Shown: positions 25,406-26,152 of the stretch, piece after piece | Layout: every line of letters begins with the position of its first letter | Numbering within the stretch: position 1 is the first letter of the stretch | Source: Thermoleophilia bacterium | GTDB taxonomy: Bacteria > Actinomycetota > Thermoleophilia > Miltoncostaeales > Miltoncostaeaceae | Direction of reading: 5' to 3' | Length of the DNA: 26,152 bases | Assembly: GCA_045403035.1 (NCBI GenBank) | Contig: JAXIPH010000141.1 | Coordinates: 1 to 26,152 of the forward strand | Program-made: the position numbers and the translations under genes | Notes under the pieces: model-generated | Database searches by the model: none | What the model was told of the DNA's origin: nothing | Seen by the model: only the letters and a program-made list of their open reading frames with translations

Positions 25406-26152
25406 TCAGCGCAGGAGCGTGCGGCGCAAGCGCGCAGCCGGGAACGGGAACAGCAGAGCCAGCACGGCGACGAGGAACGCCACGTCCCCCAGGGTCCCCA
25501 GGCCGGCTCCGCCCAGGGTGAGGTCGCGGGTCGCGGCGACGAGGTGCGAGAGGGGCAGGCACCAGCCCACGACCTGGGCCCAGTCGGGCAGGCCCGAGAA
25601 CGGGAAGAATATCCCCGAGAAGAGGAACATCGGGGTGAGGACGCCGGTGAACAGGATGTTGTAGTGCTCGATGCTCGACACCATGGCGGTGTAGGCCATG
25701 CCGAGCACCGCGAAGGTCAGGGCGCCGATGAGGAAGACCGGGGGCAGGAGCAGCGCAAGCGGCGTGTGGACGAGGCCGAAGGCGGCCATCACGACGACGA
25801 ACACGAGCCCGTAGACCACCGCCCGGGTGGCCGCCCAGAGGTACTCGCCCACGATCACGTCGGCCAGTGAGAGCGGCGTGGTGACCACGGCCTCGACCAC
25901 CTTCCGCACGTGGATGCGGACGAACGAGTTGTAGGTCGTCTCGATGATCGCCCCGAACATGACCGTCGAGGCCGCGACCCCGGGGGCGATGTAGTCGATG
26001 TAGTCGATCCCCTCGACGCTGGTGAGGTAGGTGCCCAGCCCGAGGCCCATGATCGCCAGGTAGGCGATCGCCTCGAGGAAGCGGGGCGTGAGCGTGGTGA
26101 GGAGGGTCTTGCGCCCCACCGTGACGTTGCGCTGCCACATCCGCAGCGCACC
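25406..26152 (-). CDS. ABC-2 type transporter permease, NodJ-like (5' end outside the window)
   Basis: Six TM segments, MWQRN, YIDYIAPG, TPMFLFSGIFFP, LPLSH. The frame stays open to the window edge (GALRMWQ). Confidence 0.85.
   Translation of the reverse strand, partial: GALRMWQRNVTVGRKTLLTTLTPRFLEAIAYLAIMGLGLGTYLTSVEGIDYIDYIAPGVAASTVMFGAIIETTYNSFVRIHVRKVVEAVVTTPLSLADVIVGEYLWAATRAVVYGLVFVVVMAAFGLVHTPLALLLPPVFLIGALTFAVLGMAYTAMVSSIEHYNILFTGVLTPMFLFSGIFFPFSGLPDWAQVVGWCLPLSHLVAATRDLTLGGAGLGTLGDVAFLVAVLALLFPFPAARLRRTLLR

Noticed and set aside
25393-25407. GAGC-CGGG-GCTC mini-hairpin between convergent genes
   Set aside because: A 4-bp stem is expected by chance at this GC content.

Overview
Very GC-rich DNA (roughly 70-75% by eye; not computed) with actinobacterial-style TAnnnT promoter boxes. 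Most of the window is one surface-glycan biosynthesis locus. (1) A + strand operon at 1-6036 has three GT4/GT-B glycosyltransferases, a coiled-coil/FkbM-type methyltransferase and a large GT-C-like membrane protein. (2) A 13-gene, tightly coupled - strand operon at 17787->6052 encodes an SIS isomerase, HAD phosphatase, transaldolase, NAD epimerase, GHMP kinase, Gfo/Idh/MocA oxidoreductase, two SAM methyltransferases, GtrA, GtrB-like GT2, nucleotidyltransferase, a second GT-C-like protein and a poly-Pro membrane protein. (3) A divergent pair at 17870-19938 encodes an SDR and a UDP-glucose-dehydrogenase-like protein lacking the catalytic Cys. (4) Then come a methyltransferase with atypical codon usage, gmd-rmd (GDP-6-deoxyhexose, probably D-rhamnose), a small C-terminally anchored secreted protein, a degenerate ACT-malic enzyme and a partial NodJ-like ABC-2 permease. 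Main hypothesis: the sugar genes match eight enzyme families of the lincomycin GDP-octose pathway (LmbR/N/P/K/O/M/L/Z). An SDR is present where the antibiotic pathway has an aminotransferase, and the genes are wired to a Gtr-type lipid-carrier/GT-C transfer system. This suggests an 8-carbon (or modified 7-carbon) sugar placed on the cell surface. Other oddities are probable ATA and CTG start codons and two mini-ORFs bridging the only sizeable gaps of the coupled operon. No rRNA, tRNA, CRISPR or mobile element was seen. All family calls come from motif recognition, not database searches.
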